The notes: generated by a model from the letters alone, not told the origin. 64,000 nt of DNA from Methylococcaceae bacterium (GCA_050303415.1 JBNLBS010000019.1:16545-80544), one strand, 5' to 3'; positions 33,531 through 43,314 are shown, numbered from the stretch's first letter. Numbers and translations are program-made.

Positions 33531-33603
33531 CTCGAGGATAGCTCAATGGGTAGAGCGGTTGACTCATAATCAACTTGTTAAGGGTTCAAGTCCCTTTCTT
33601 CGA
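33531..33603 (+). tRNA. tRNA-Met (anticodon CAT)
   Basis: Manual cloverleaf folds in full: 7-bp acceptor TCGAGGA/TCTTCGA with one G-U pair, D-arm GCTC-AATGGGTA-GAGC, anticodon stem GTTGA/TCAAC with loop CTCATAA, T-arm AAGGG-TTCAAGT-CCCTT. CCA is not encoded. Confidence 0.7.
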
Positions 33604-33606
33604 TCC

Positions 33607-33674
33607 TGGAAAAGTAGCTCTTGGTGAGCCCGGATGATAAATCCGTTTATGTAGGTTCGAATCCTACCTTTTCA
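33607..33674 (+). other. Degenerate tRNA-like element: intact acceptor, T-arm GTAGG-TTCGAAT-CCTAC, but D-loop and anticodon loop only 5 nt each; 3 nt downstream of tRNA-Met
   Basis: Manual folding: GGAAAAG...CTTTTCA acceptor with 1-72 mismatch, D GCTC-TTGGT-GAGC, AC-stem CGGAT-GATAA-ATCCG; 68 nt, too short for a canonical tRNA. Confidence 0.35.
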
Positions 33675-34005
33675 CTTTTAACCTGCAACACAGGTTTATT
33701 TTGATCTTCGGATCGTAGGGTCGGCGCCAGTCGGCGAATATGGAGTTTGTTTGACAAAGGATGTTGGAGACAACGGCGTATTGGCTTTGCATGGTGTCAG
33801 CCGGATAAAGTTCAGAACAGTTTATTGATACAGGTCCATTCGATGGGCGCGCTTGACAGGATGTCCACATCAGCAAACAGGTCTTTACTTTTTCCGCCAG
33901 ACAACATCCGCCAATAGGTCGTGGCGCCGAACCTAAATTTTTACCAATAAGGATTTAAACAATAATACTGCCTTAAAAGGCAACAAAAAGGGAATGGAGG
34001 GAACA

Positions 34006-35145
34006 ATGTTTATCAAACGATTTATCATTGCCGAAAATGAACGCGGTTTGTTTTTTCACAACCGGACTTTACAGGACATTATGGAATCCGGCGTCTACAC
34101 CTTTGTCGATTGGCGCAACCGGATTAAAGTCGAAATTTTCGACTTGAACGAACCGGTTTTTAAACACAGTCTGGAGGATGTGTTGTTAAAGCAGCACGAG
34201 GATTTATGCAAAACCTATTTCCAGGTCATCCAGCTGAATGAAAACCAAGTAGGTTTGGTCTACCGCAACGGCCTATTATCTGAGGTGTTACCGCCTTCTA
34301 CCAGAACGTTTTACTGGAAAGGTTTGATTGATATAGACGTTGAAGTCATCGACATTAAATCCGATTTTCAATTGGATGCAGACAAGACCCGGTTATTGAC
34401 CCGTGTGCGAGATGCTGCATTGGTCAGGGTTTTGGCTAACTACATCACTGTTGCCGAAGTGGCGGACCAGCATGTCGGTTTATTGATTGTCGACGGTCAG
34501 TTGATCAAGGAATTACAGCCTGGTGTCTATGCATTTTGGCGTTTCAACCGCTCGATTAAAGTCGAAATGGTCGATAAACGGGTTCAAATGATGGAAGTCT
34601 CAGGTCAGGAAATTTTGACCGGAGACAAAGTGTCATTACGAATCAATCTGTCAGTGGCCTTTCAAATACAGGATGCGGTGAAAATACGTTCAGCATTCAA
34701 GGATATGTTCGATTACTTGTACCGCGAATTGCAATTCGGTTTACGACAAGCGGTAGCCGGTAATACGTTGGATAATTTATTAGCGGAAAAAGGTTCGGCC
34801 GAACAATGTGTATTTAAATACATTTTGGAAAGGATTCAAGATTGCGGTATTCGCTTTATTACAGTCGGTATTAAAGACATTATTTTGCCGGGTGATATGA
34901 AGTCGATTTTAAACCAGTTAGTGGAGGCGGAAAAACAGGCTCAGGCCAATGTTTTAAAACGCCGCGAAGAAACCGCAGCAACCCGGTCATTGCTGAACAC
35001 TGCAAAATTGATGGATGAAAATCCAACTTTAATGCGTTTGAAAGAGCTGGAGGTTTTGGAAAAAGTCACCGGCAAAATTGACCGCATGACCGTTTTCGGC
35101 GGTTTGGAAGGTGTCTTAAAAGATACCGTTAAAATCAATGTGTAA
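34006..35145 (+). CDS. SPFH/band-7 (stomatin-prohibitin-flotillin) domain protein. Its N-terminus has two extra tandem copies of the SPFH N-terminal beta-unit. Start ATG 34006 after GGAGGG
   Basis: C-terminal LRINLSVAFQIQD...ITVGIKDIILPGDMKSILNQLVEAEKQAQANVLKRRE SPFH core is present. Three internal repeats begin ERGLFFHN..., ENQVGLVYRNG... and DQHVGLLIVDG..., each followed by G-Y-F-W and the [IV]KVE/DVEV motif. Confidence 0.7.
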   Translation: MFIKRFIIAENERGLFFHNRTLQDIMESGVYTFVDWRNRIKVEIFDLNEPVFKHSLEDVLLKQHEDLCKTYFQVIQLNENQVGLVYRNGLLSEVLPPSTRTFYWKGLIDIDVEVIDIKSDFQLDADKTRLLTRVRDAALVRVLANYITVAEVADQHVGLLIVDGQLIKELQPGVYAFWRFNRSIKVEMVDKRVQMMEVSGQEILTGDKVSLRINLSVAFQIQDAVKIRSAFKDMFDYLYRELQFGLRQAVAGNTLDNLLAEKGSAEQCVFKYILERIQDCGIRFITVGIKDIILPGDMKSILNQLVEAEKQAQANVLKRREETAATRSLLNTAKLMDENPTLMRLKELEVLEKVTGKIDRMTVFGGLEGVLKDTVKINV

Positions 35146-35172
35146 CTATCAGATCTTCTTGGTTAAGCACCA

Positions 35173-35193
35173 TTGCAGTGTTAAACACTGCAA
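35173..35193. promoter_or_regulatory. 21-nt perfect palindrome TTGCAGTGTTaAACACTGCAA in the SPFH-rtcB spacer, followed by a second GC hairpin (GACCCGGGcaatggGGCTCGGGTC)
   Basis: Read directly from sequence. Confidence 0.4.
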
Positions 35194-35260
35194 ACTGATT
35201 TGTTACATAGAGCAGGAATAAGACCCGGGCAATGGGGCTCGGGTCGATGAGGATAAGATT

Positions 35261-36457
35261 ATGCCTATAAAAATGAAAATGACAAAAGGCAAGGTACCGG
35301 TCAAAGTTTGGACCGAAGATATTGAATACGGTGCCATTCAGCAATTATGCAATATCGCGCAAATGCCGTTTATCCATAGTCATGTTGCGGCCATGCCTGA
35401 TGTGCATCAGGGGATTGGCGCAACCGTGGGTTCGGTGATACCGACCAAGGGCGCCATTATACCTACCGCAGTGGGTGTTGATATCGGCTGCGGAATGAAT
35501 GCGGTCAGGTTAACGCTTAAAGCTGAACAATTACCGGACACTCTAAAACCGGTGCGTAACGCCATTGAAGCGGCCGTACCTGTCGGCTTTGCCATGCATA
35601 ACAAAGATATGGCCAGACATTCGACCATTATTGCTTTGGCCGAACCATTGGGCCGATTACAGGAAAAGCATCCGGCGATCAAAAAAATGCAGAAAAAGCC
35701 ATTTCAAACCTGGGTTAGACAACTGGGTACTTTGGGTGGCGGCAACCATTTTATTGAACTGTGCCTGGATGAAAGCAACGACGTCTGGATTATGCTGCAT
35801 TCCGGCAGTCGGGGTATTGGTAATGCGATCGGACGTTACTTTATCCAGTTGGCCAAAAAAGATATGGGGCAACAACTGGGACATTTACCGGATAAGGATC
35901 TGGCCTATTTTACTGAAGGTGCACAATACTTTGAGGATTATGTCGAAGCCGTGCATTGGGCGCAGGATTATGCCATGTGGAATCGCAGGGAAATAATGCG
36001 TTCGATAGTTGATGCATTGAAAGACGTCCTGCCGCGATTTCAAGTCAGCAAGGAAGCGATTAATTGCCATCATAATTATGTTGCGCTCGAACAGCATTTC
36101 GGGGAACAGGTTTATCTGACCCGCAAAGGGGCGATCAGTGCCGGCCAAGGCGAGCTGGGTATTATTCCCGGCAGCATGGGGGCCAAGTCCTATATCGTTC
36201 GGGGTAAAGGTTGTGCCGCTTCATTTCATTCCTGCTCACATGGTGCTGGCCGGGTAATGAGTCGTTCACAGGCCAAAAAACGCTACAGTTATCGGGATGT
36301 CGAAGCGCAGACTGAAGGCATTGAATGCCGAAAAGACAGCGGCGTTATCGATGAAATTCCGGCGGCCTATAAGGATATTGATCACGTAATGGAGAACCAA
36401 TCAGACTTGGTTGAGATTGTACATACCCTGAAACAAGTCGTTTGCGTCAAAGGATAA
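35261..36457 (+). CDS. rtcB: RNA-splicing ligase RtcB (3'-phosphate/5'-hydroxyl RNA ligase)
   Basis: Conserved metal/GTP-binding residues pattern: VGVDIGCGM, GGGNHFIE, HSGSRG, CHHNY, full length 398 aa. Confidence 0.9.
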   Translation: MPIKMKMTKGKVPVKVWTEDIEYGAIQQLCNIAQMPFIHSHVAAMPDVHQGIGATVGSVIPTKGAIIPTAVGVDIGCGMNAVRLTLKAEQLPDTLKPVRNAIEAAVPVGFAMHNKDMARHSTIIALAEPLGRLQEKHPAIKKMQKKPFQTWVRQLGTLGGGNHFIELCLDESNDVWIMLHSGSRGIGNAIGRYFIQLAKKDMGQQLGHLPDKDLAYFTEGAQYFEDYVEAVHWAQDYAMWNRREIMRSIVDALKDVLPRFQVSKEAINCHHNYVALEQHFGEQVYLTRKGAISAGQGELGIIPGSMGAKSYIVRGKGCAASFHSCSHGAGRVMSRSQAKKRYSYRDVEAQTEGIECRKDSGVIDEIPAAYKDIDHVMENQSDLVEIVHTLKQVVCVKG

Positions 36458-36506
36458 GCCGGATGTTCGGTTGGGCATCCGGTTTTATTGCAACAGGAAA
36501 ATTGTT

Positions 36507-37484
36507 ATGAAACTGGAAACTATTAAAGAAATTATTGAAATCATGCCTAAAGGTAAAACCAGATTTCACTATTTTAAAGATCGCTACGCTTTAATGTTGT
36601 TATCCGATTTAATTGAAGACGGGATTAAACTTTCCGAGCTTAAGACGACACCTTGGGCAAAACTGTTGAACCGACCGCTGGTTAAAAGCTTGAGCTCCCA
36701 GTGTGGTGACGGTGTGCTTTATAAGCATGATCTGGACAGTATCTGGCCGGATTTTACCAGGCAGTTTTTACTTACATTAAGCCAATGGGGCGGAGAACGG
36801 GCAAGCTGGCAACAAACCTGCCGACATGGCTACAATCTGGTATTGCAACTGAATTTCAGCAATCAGCATCATGCCTTGTTTAACAAACTGCTAAGGCCGA
36901 TGAAACATCATAGCCTACGCAGTTGCGGGCATCCGGTTATGCAGCCGGATGAACGTGAGTTATTTCGGGAAACACTGGCCTGGGCACGTATAGATCTGGA
37001 TTTTGACCGCAATGAAGCCCTGATTGAAGAAATTCAAAACGACTGGCTTAGGAATGCGCTATGGTGGTTGAGTTATGTCAAAAGATGTCAAAAAAATCAA
37101 CGACGGTTACCCGCAAATTACTGTTTGCAGACCGACTTGGAAAAAGTCCAAAGCTATTGCGATAAAGTATTAATGCCATACCGCAAAATGTGGGATGAAG
37201 CGATGTTGGCGGCCAGCATCGATTTTATCTACAAGCAGCTGGGTATAAACGTCATTTATTATCACAGCTACGAAAGCGGCGCCTGGTTAAAGTCCATCTC
37301 ATCTACGCTGCCGCCTCGGTCTTTATATACCGATTTACCTAAGCGCTTTTGTTTTACCTGTACCGAACAGGAGCCGACTTTCCTATCTGAAGATCGGTAC
37401 TTTAGAAACCGTAAACGCAAGGGTAAACACCTAAACTATTACTGGTATAGGATGGATTTGGGAGCTGGTCATGTTACGGCCTAG
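36507..37484 (+). CDS. Hypothetical Cys/His/Trp-rich protein co-transcribed with rtcB (start probably MKLETIKEI at 36507 after AGGAAA)
   Basis: 325 aa, no recognisable motif; CGDG, CRHG, CGHP, CFTCTEQ Cys clusters; 50-nt gap from rtcB. Confidence 0.45.
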   Translation: MKLETIKEIIEIMPKGKTRFHYFKDRYALMLLSDLIEDGIKLSELKTTPWAKLLNRPLVKSLSSQCGDGVLYKHDLDSIWPDFTRQFLLTLSQWGGERASWQQTCRHGYNLVLQLNFSNQHHALFNKLLRPMKHHSLRSCGHPVMQPDERELFRETLAWARIDLDFDRNEALIEEIQNDWLRNALWWLSYVKRCQKNQRRLPANYCLQTDLEKVQSYCDKVLMPYRKMWDEAMLAASIDFIYKQLGINVIYYHSYESGAWLKSISSTLPPRSLYTDLPKRFCFTCTEQEPTFLSEDRYFRNRKRKGKHLNYYWYRMDLGAGHVTA

Positions 37485-37682
37485 GAACTATGTCGCTCGT
37501 TCACCGATGTTACGCAAAGGCGGCGTGCACGAGCGTTGTCAATCCGGTAAACGCCAACAGCAAAAACAGGATCTAAAGGGTGAACTGGACTCTTTGGCGT
37601 TGACTGATCATGACCTGGAAGAAAATCAGCTAAACCCAGATGCCAATAAAAATACCGAGGAGTTTTTTAGTTAATTAACTCA

Positions 37683-37745
37683 AAGGGATAAGAGCATGTG
37701 ACAACGGGGCCTGGATGCCCCGCCTGACAAAACCACTTAAAAAAT
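37683..37745. repeat. Copy B of the ~55-nt hairpin repeat family (core CGGGGCCTGGATGCCCCG)
   Basis: Aligns with 18106-18167; generates spurious antisense ORF sharing RGIQAPLS. Confidence 0.55.
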
Positions 37746-37771
37746 AGTTAAGTACCAGAGATACTAGACAC

Positions 37772-39469
37772 TTATATAGAGGTTCTTCTATATTGCCGGT
37801 ATTCAGGAAACCAAAAGTTTTCAGCGATAGCCTGTTTAAGTTCCTCGGCGGATATTTTTTTGGCAACCTTATCTTCCATCGCCTGCATCCCTACAGCAAA
37901 GGCAATCGTCCGGCTCAGCTTACGAATATCCTTCAAAGCGGGCAACAAATCCTGACTGTCCCCCAATACCCAGGGCGAACAATCTGCCAACGCCTTACTG
38001 GCTGCCATAAACATATTATCGGTCACATACTCCGCAGCGCAGGCCACAACACCCAAGCCGACACCCGGAAAAATATAACTATTATTGCATTGGGCAATAG
38101 CGTAAGATTGCCCCTCAAAAACAACGGGCTGAAAAGGACTGCCGGTAGCCACTATCGCATTTCCCTCTGTCCAGTTGATGACATCCTCAGGCAACACCTC
38201 AACCCGTGAAGTGGGGTTAGAAAGCGGTAAAACAATGGGTCTGGAGCAATGTTGATAGATGAACTCGATCATCTCCTGCGTAATCATTCCAGGCTGACCG
38301 GAAACGCCAATGATAATGCTGGGCTTGGCTCCTTTAACAGTATCCAGTAAATCCACTTTCGGGCTCGACATTCCCCAGTCATCTAGGATAGTCACGGGCT
38401 TGGCAAATTTTTCCTGAAAATCCTGAATTCTCTCATTTCCCTCCAGCAACAGACCCTGGCTATTACAAAGGAAAATGCGATCCAAAGCCTGCTGTTCCGA
38501 TACCCCCTCCAGTTGCATATGCGCAATAATTTGTTCGGCAATACCACAACCGGCGGAACCCGCACCGACAAACACAATGGTTTGATCTTTTAACGCTTTC
38601 TTCTGTACCCGGCAAGCGGCTAACAACGTGCCGACGGCAACAGCCGCCGTACCTTGTATATCATCATTAAAGGTACAAATATTCTGACGATATTTTTGCA
38701 GCAAAGGTGTGGCATGATGCTGGGCAAAATCTTCAAATTGAATCATGGCATGCGGCCAGCGACGCTTAACTCCAGCAATAAATTGATCTATAAACCGGTA
38801 ATATTCATCGCCGGTAATTCGCTCATGCCGCCACCCCATATATAAAGGATCACTTAGTAATTGCTGATTATTGGTACCTACGTCCAGGGTAACAGGCAGA
38901 GTATAGGCCGGACTGATACCACCGCAGGCGGAATACAATGCCAGTTTGCCGATAGGAATCCCCATACCGCCTATGCCCTGGTCGCCCAACCCCAAAATAC
39001 GTTCGCTATCAGTCACCACTATAATCTTGATTTTTTGTTTGGTCACATTTTGCAGAATATCGTCTATCTGATCACGTTCGGGGTAAGCAATAAAAATCCC
39101 CCGTTTGCGCCGATAAATTCGGGAAAACAACTGGCAGGCCAGACCAACAGTGGGTGTATAGATAACCGGCATCATTTCCGGCAGATAGGTAATAATCAAA
39201 CGAAAATACAAGGTCTCATTGGCATCCTGAATATTACGCAGATAAATGTGCTTATCCAGATCATTATTAAACTGGGAAAACTGTTGATAAGCACGCTCGA
39301 CTTGCTGCTCAATGGTTTCAACAACTTCCGGCAGCAAACCTTGCAAATTGAACGTCTGCCGTTCCTCCTGACTGAATGCGCAATCTTTGTTTAGCAGCGA
39401 AGTTTCTAATAAAGACTGCCCGGAATAATGAATGTATATAGGGCGTTTTTGATGATCTTCACTATTCAT
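37772..39469 (-). CDS. maeA: NAD-dependent malic enzyme; start ATG 39467-39469 (MNSEDHQ) after AAGGA
   Basis: 565 aa, malic-enzyme N-terminal and NAD-binding domains ([11 protein letters not shown] Rossmann motif). Confidence 0.8.
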   Translation of the reverse strand: MNSEDHQKRPIYIHYSGQSLLETSLLNKDCAFSQEERQTFNLQGLLPEVVETIEQQVERAYQQFSQFNNDLDKHIYLRNIQDANETLYFRLIITYLPEMMPVIYTPTVGLACQLFSRIYRRKRGIFIAYPERDQIDDILQNVTKQKIKIIVVTDSERILGLGDQGIGGMGIPIGKLALYSACGGISPAYTLPVTLDVGTNNQQLLSDPLYMGWRHERITGDEYYRFIDQFIAGVKRRWPHAMIQFEDFAQHHATPLLQKYRQNICTFNDDIQGTAAVAVGTLLAACRVQKKALKDQTIVFVGAGSAGCGIAEQIIAHMQLEGVSEQQALDRIFLCNSQGLLLEGNERIQDFQEKFAKPVTILDDWGMSSPKVDLLDTVKGAKPSIIIGVSGQPGMITQEMIEFIYQHCSRPIVLPLSNPTSRVEVLPEDVINWTEGNAIVATGSPFQPVVFEGQSYAIAQCNNSYIFPGVGLGVVACAAEYVTDNMFMAASKALADCSPWVLGDSQDLLPALKDIRKLSRTIAFAVGMQAMEDKVAKKISAEELKQAIAENFWFPEYRQYRRTSI

Positions 39470-39909
39470 AGTAATTCCTTTATAAACTGACTGTTGCTGA
39501 TTCAAACCATTAATCGAGTTAATAATACAGTGTATTTTTACTCAATTTCCTCTTATTGCCTGAAAAAAGATTAAAGCGCAAAAACTCTTGGATTGATAAA
39601 CAGGTTTTTCTGAAACTTTCTTGAACCCGGACAAGAACGATAGTAGCAATTTTTACCCGTATGAACACTAGATTAGTTTTTTATCATTGCTGATTCGGGC
39701 GGAACAGCATGCTTAATACTGAATTCACATTAATAAATTTCGACCCTCCTAAATCGTTCCCTGTTTATCGACTGACCTACAATCTTAAATGTGTTCACCA
39801 AGCGAAATGTCTATGAGCTAAAACTCCAGCCAAAACCAGGGGGTTAAGGGAGAAAAAGACCGGTTTAAACTACCGCAAAGTTAAATAGTTTTGCTCAGGC
39901 TTTTGAATC

Positions 39910-40275
39910 TCACCTATATTTAAGTGATTTTAAAGCAGCTGCATATTTTTTTTTATTAAACCCTTTTAGAACTTTTCCATTGATAACGGCTAAAGGTATT
40001 CCGCTGTAACCGGGCGCTATTTCTTTTTTACGTGCAGCAGCATCCCAATCCTCTTCAATATCATATTTATTATATGAAATACCGTTGGCATCCAGATAAG
40101 CAATGGCCTTCCGACAATAAGGACACCAGCTGGTTACATAAATATCAACTTGAGCTTGGGAATCAGTTTCAGAGTAACTTCCGCTAGAACCGGAATCCCA
40201 TTCAATCACGTCAATATCTGCATAACAGGGTTGTAATGCCATAATAAAAACAACTAATAACTTCACAATATTCAT
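39910..40275 (-). CDS. Secreted glutaredoxin-like thioredoxin-fold protein
   Basis: Signal peptide + CPYC active site (VTSWCPYCRKA). Confidence 0.55.
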   Translation of the reverse strand: MNIVKLLVVFIMALQPCYADIDVIEWDSGSSGSYSETDSQAQVDIYVTSWCPYCRKAIAYLDANGISYNKYDIEEDWDAAARKKEIAPGYSGIPLAVINGKVLKGFNKKKYAAALKSLKYR

Positions 40276-40373
40276 TTTAAAATGCCCTTAATGAGTTATA
40301 GCGTCGTCGCCTGATTACCAACATTTGTATTGCTCTGACAAAAGAGCATAAAAGAAGCACGGCTTGTCAGCAA

Positions 40374-42374
40374 TCAGATTTCGCTCAGCCAGTAAAAACC
40401 GAATGACGGAATAACCAAGGTATTCTTAAAAATATCCGGTTCCTGTCCGGTATATAAGTCGATCAGATGTCCATATTGGGCTTTGGCCCAGTCACCTATC
40501 TCGTCCAGATTTAGATGTTGGGGTTTATTACTGAAATTAGCGATGACCAATACCCGCTCACTTGGTTTACTGGGTTGATAACGCCCTATTATAAATAAGT
40601 GGGGATTTTTAACTTCAATCAACTCACGGTTATTAAAATCGGCAAAGACTTCTATTTCCTTGCGTACCGCAATCATTCTTTTTAATGCCATGAATATTTC
40701 ATATTCAACGGTTCCTGTAGAATGCCTTAGCTCAGCTTTTTCCCAGTCAATGATCGGTCTATGCACCCAGCGTGAATCATCGGCTTTATTGGGGTCATTC
40801 AGATAACTACTGTCATTTATTGTGCCTAATTCATCACCATAGTAAAGTAACGGAATACCGCCGAAAGATAAAATCATTCCGTGCAACAACAGTATAATTT
40901 TGACCGCATCTGCTGTTGCCTTTTCATCCCCCGTTTCCAAAGCATATTGCAAGCCGACCAAAGATGCCAATGAACCGGAAATACGCGCATCCCCGGTTTT
41001 TTCATTCTGGCTGAAAGGCAGCCCTCTGGCGTGGGAATCATCAAATTTGCCGGTGTAATAATCAATCAGGAACTTTCGATGGGAAAACGGTTCGTACCCT
41101 GCCTGCACAATGTCTCTATCATCGAATCCCAGACCGATATCATCATGACAGCGAACATAGTTCAACCAGGTTGCCCGCTCAAGTTTAACCGGCAGACTTT
41201 TAATGCCCCGATTGAGAAGCTGGGTGTTTTTAGTGGCCACAGCATCCCATAATAAAGCCATAAACGTTGCATTATAGGCAATCTCACACTCCTTGGCGAT
41301 AACCGCATCTTCACCAAAATATTTAATGACTTCCACCGGGGCAACGATAGCTTCGGCAATAAAAACCACGCCCGGTGCTGTTACCTGACAGCAGTCTTTC
41401 ATTAATTGCAGAATTAAATGAGCATCCCGCTCATTCTGACAGGTGCTGCCAATTTTTTTTCCTAAAAAAGCGACGGCATCAAGCCGTAATATATCAGCGC
41501 CGTGATTTGCCCAATACAGCAGTACATCGAGCATTTCTATAAAAACAGTAGGATTACTGTAATTCAAGTCCCATTGATAATTGTTAAAAACCGTCATCAC
41601 CCAACGCTTCATGGTATTGTCCCAGGTAAAATTGCCCGGGGCATGTTCCGGAAATACTTCAGGCATGTTTTGCTCAAACATATCGGGGATATTCCGGTTT
41701 TTAAAGGTATAAAAATAATTCCGGTATTTTTTCTCACCTGCGCGTGCTTTTTGCGCCCATTCATGTTCATCTGAGGTATGGTTAACCACCACATCCAGAA
41801 CCAGTAGAATTTCTCTCTGGCGCATCTCAGACGTCAACTGCTGTAAATCGTCTAAGTTGCCGGCACGCTCATCTATTTTCCTGAAGTCACTGACTGCATA
41901 TCCGCCATCACTATTGCCTTCCGGACAGCTCATGATCGGCATAATATGAATCAGGTTTACACCCAGTTCTTGAAAATAATGTAAATGCTCTTTAACGCCA
42001 TTAAGGTTGCCGGCAAAACCGTTACAATATAAAGCCATGCCAACCCATTTTTGCGATAGAAACCAGTTATAGTCCTCCTCTCTGTCAAGATCGAGCTGTT
42101 TTAAATAATCGGGGCGTTTAATGTATTGACGCGCCATCGTTTCCACAAGAGCCAGGGTTTGTTGTTCAAAATCATCCCTATCCCCGTAAAGTCGTTGGAA
42201 TAGTGAATGAATCGCATAAAAATTGGCTCCCAGTCGGGTATAGAAATGGCGTAAGTCCTGTTTGGAAATTTCAGGTTTTATTTGATTAAGAATTTTGTTT
42301 AACAGTGTGTGCGAAACCTGTTCGTACATAATCCATCCTGTCACCGGTGCAAAGAAAAGAGAAGTGATAAACAC
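40374..42374 (-). CDS. ams: Amylosucrase (GH13 sucrose glucosyltransferase)
   Basis: The protein aligns along its full length with Neisseria amylosucrase, with matches at YFQELG, MPIMSCPEG, SDGGYAVSDFR, HTSDEHEWAQ and QWDLNYSNP. GH13 region ILRLDAVAF is present. It neighbours sps, spp and fruK. Confidence 0.8.
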   Translation of the reverse strand: MFITSLFFAPVTGWIMYEQVSHTLLNKILNQIKPEISKQDLRHFYTRLGANFYAIHSLFQRLYGDRDDFEQQTLALVETMARQYIKRPDYLKQLDLDREEDYNWFLSQKWVGMALYCNGFAGNLNGVKEHLHYFQELGVNLIHIMPIMSCPEGNSDGGYAVSDFRKIDERAGNLDDLQQLTSEMRQREILLVLDVVVNHTSDEHEWAQKARAGEKKYRNYFYTFKNRNIPDMFEQNMPEVFPEHAPGNFTWDNTMKRWVMTVFNNYQWDLNYSNPTVFIEMLDVLLYWANHGADILRLDAVAFLGKKIGSTCQNERDAHLILQLMKDCCQVTAPGVVFIAEAIVAPVEVIKYFGEDAVIAKECEIAYNATFMALLWDAVATKNTQLLNRGIKSLPVKLERATWLNYVRCHDDIGLGFDDRDIVQAGYEPFSHRKFLIDYYTGKFDDSHARGLPFSQNEKTGDARISGSLASLVGLQYALETGDEKATADAVKIILLLHGMILSFGGIPLLYYGDELGTINDSSYLNDPNKADDSRWVHRPIIDWEKAELRHSTGTVEYEIFMALKRMIAVRKEIEVFADFNNRELIEVKNPHLFIIGRYQPSKPSERVLVIANFSNKPQHLNLDEIGDWAKAQYGHLIDLYTGQEPDIFKNTLVIPSFGFYWLSEI

Positions 42375-42427
42375 TTTGACTTTTAGACTACCAGTTTAAA
42401 GCAGGGCAAGTCGAATAAAAAAACTCG

Positions 42428-43303
42428 TCAAAACTTCAGCTCATGATAAAAATCAACTGTCGCAGGCGTTGCACCGCGTAAACCAACAATCTTGCCGGCA
42501 AATTGCTGGGCTGCAGTCAGGGTGTCGGTAATTGACCATGCATGCAGTAAACCATGAATAAAAACCGCACTGAATGCATCTCCCGCACCGACGGTATCAA
42601 CGACGTTTTTAACGGTTTCCGGTTGGCTGTAGTGAAATTCCCCGGCCTCAGTTCGCAGTAACACGCCCTGCTCGCCCTGAGTGACAATCAATTGCTCGAT
42701 GCCAAATTGCTGCTGAAGATCTGTCATTGCCTTTTTAATATCGCCGTCTGAAAAACCTAAAAGCTGTAATTCAGCCTGATTTAATTTGACCCAACGAGCC
42801 TGCCCCAGGCACCGGTAAACATCTTCTTTTTGCCACCAGGGACTGCGTAAATTCACATCCAAAAATACGGAAAATTGTGAATTTTCCCTAAGTCGGTTAA
42901 ATGCCGCATTCGAAACGGCATTACGCAATCCCAGAGTGCCATGATACAAAATAGAGTCTGAAGCCAAAGGCTCAAGCTTGTCTGCATCTATGAAATCATA
43001 GGCACAATCCGGTGTAATAGTGTAATGCGGTTCATCATCTGTAAAACTAACCTCAACCTGCCCCGTCGGATACTTTAAATTTCGTTGCACGAAGCCCGTA
43101 TCCAGTCCCCATTCATCCATTGCCAGCAAAATGTGTTGCGCCATCTCATCATCCCCGACAGCTGAGATAAAGCTAGGCTTGTCGCCTAAAGCCTGTAGAT
43201 GCCAGGCAACATTAAAAGGAGCACCGCCCAGGACTTTTTCACCGCTTGGGAAACAGTCAAATAATACTTCGCCAAAGATATAAATTTTTTTATTGTTCAT
43301 CAT
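42428..43303 (-). CDS. fruK: Fructokinase (PfkB/ROK-less ribokinase family); start MMNNKKIY at 43303 after GAGAGG
   Basis: GGAPFNVAWHL N-motif, DTVGAGDAFSAVFIHGLL C-motif; sucrose cluster context. Confidence 0.7.
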   Translation of the reverse strand: MMNNKKIYIFGEVLFDCFPSGEKVLGGAPFNVAWHLQALGDKPSFISAVGDDEMAQHILLAMDEWGLDTGFVQRNLKYPTGQVEVSFTDDEPHYTITPDCAYDFIDADKLEPLASDSILYHGTLGLRNAVSNAAFNRLRENSQFSVFLDVNLRSPWWQKEDVYRCLGQARWVKLNQAELQLLGFSDGDIKKAMTDLQQQFGIEQLIVTQGEQGVLLRTEAGEFHYSQPETVKNVVDTVGAGDAFSAVFIHGLLHAWSITDTLTAAQQFAGKIVGLRGATPATVDFYHELKF

Positions 43304-43314
43304 GAAGCCTCTCT

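Noticed and set aside
33607-33674. Calling the second tRNA-like element a functional tRNA
   Set aside because: It is 68 nt with 5-nt D and anticodon loops, no U33 and no sensible anticodon; it is kept only as a tRNA-like or pseudo element.
33480-33700. Integrated prophage or genomic island anchored at tRNA-Met
   Set aside because: No integrase, excisionase or phage structural genes occur within 5 kb, and I could not find a direct repeat of the tRNA 3' end. Only the XRE regulator is phage-like.
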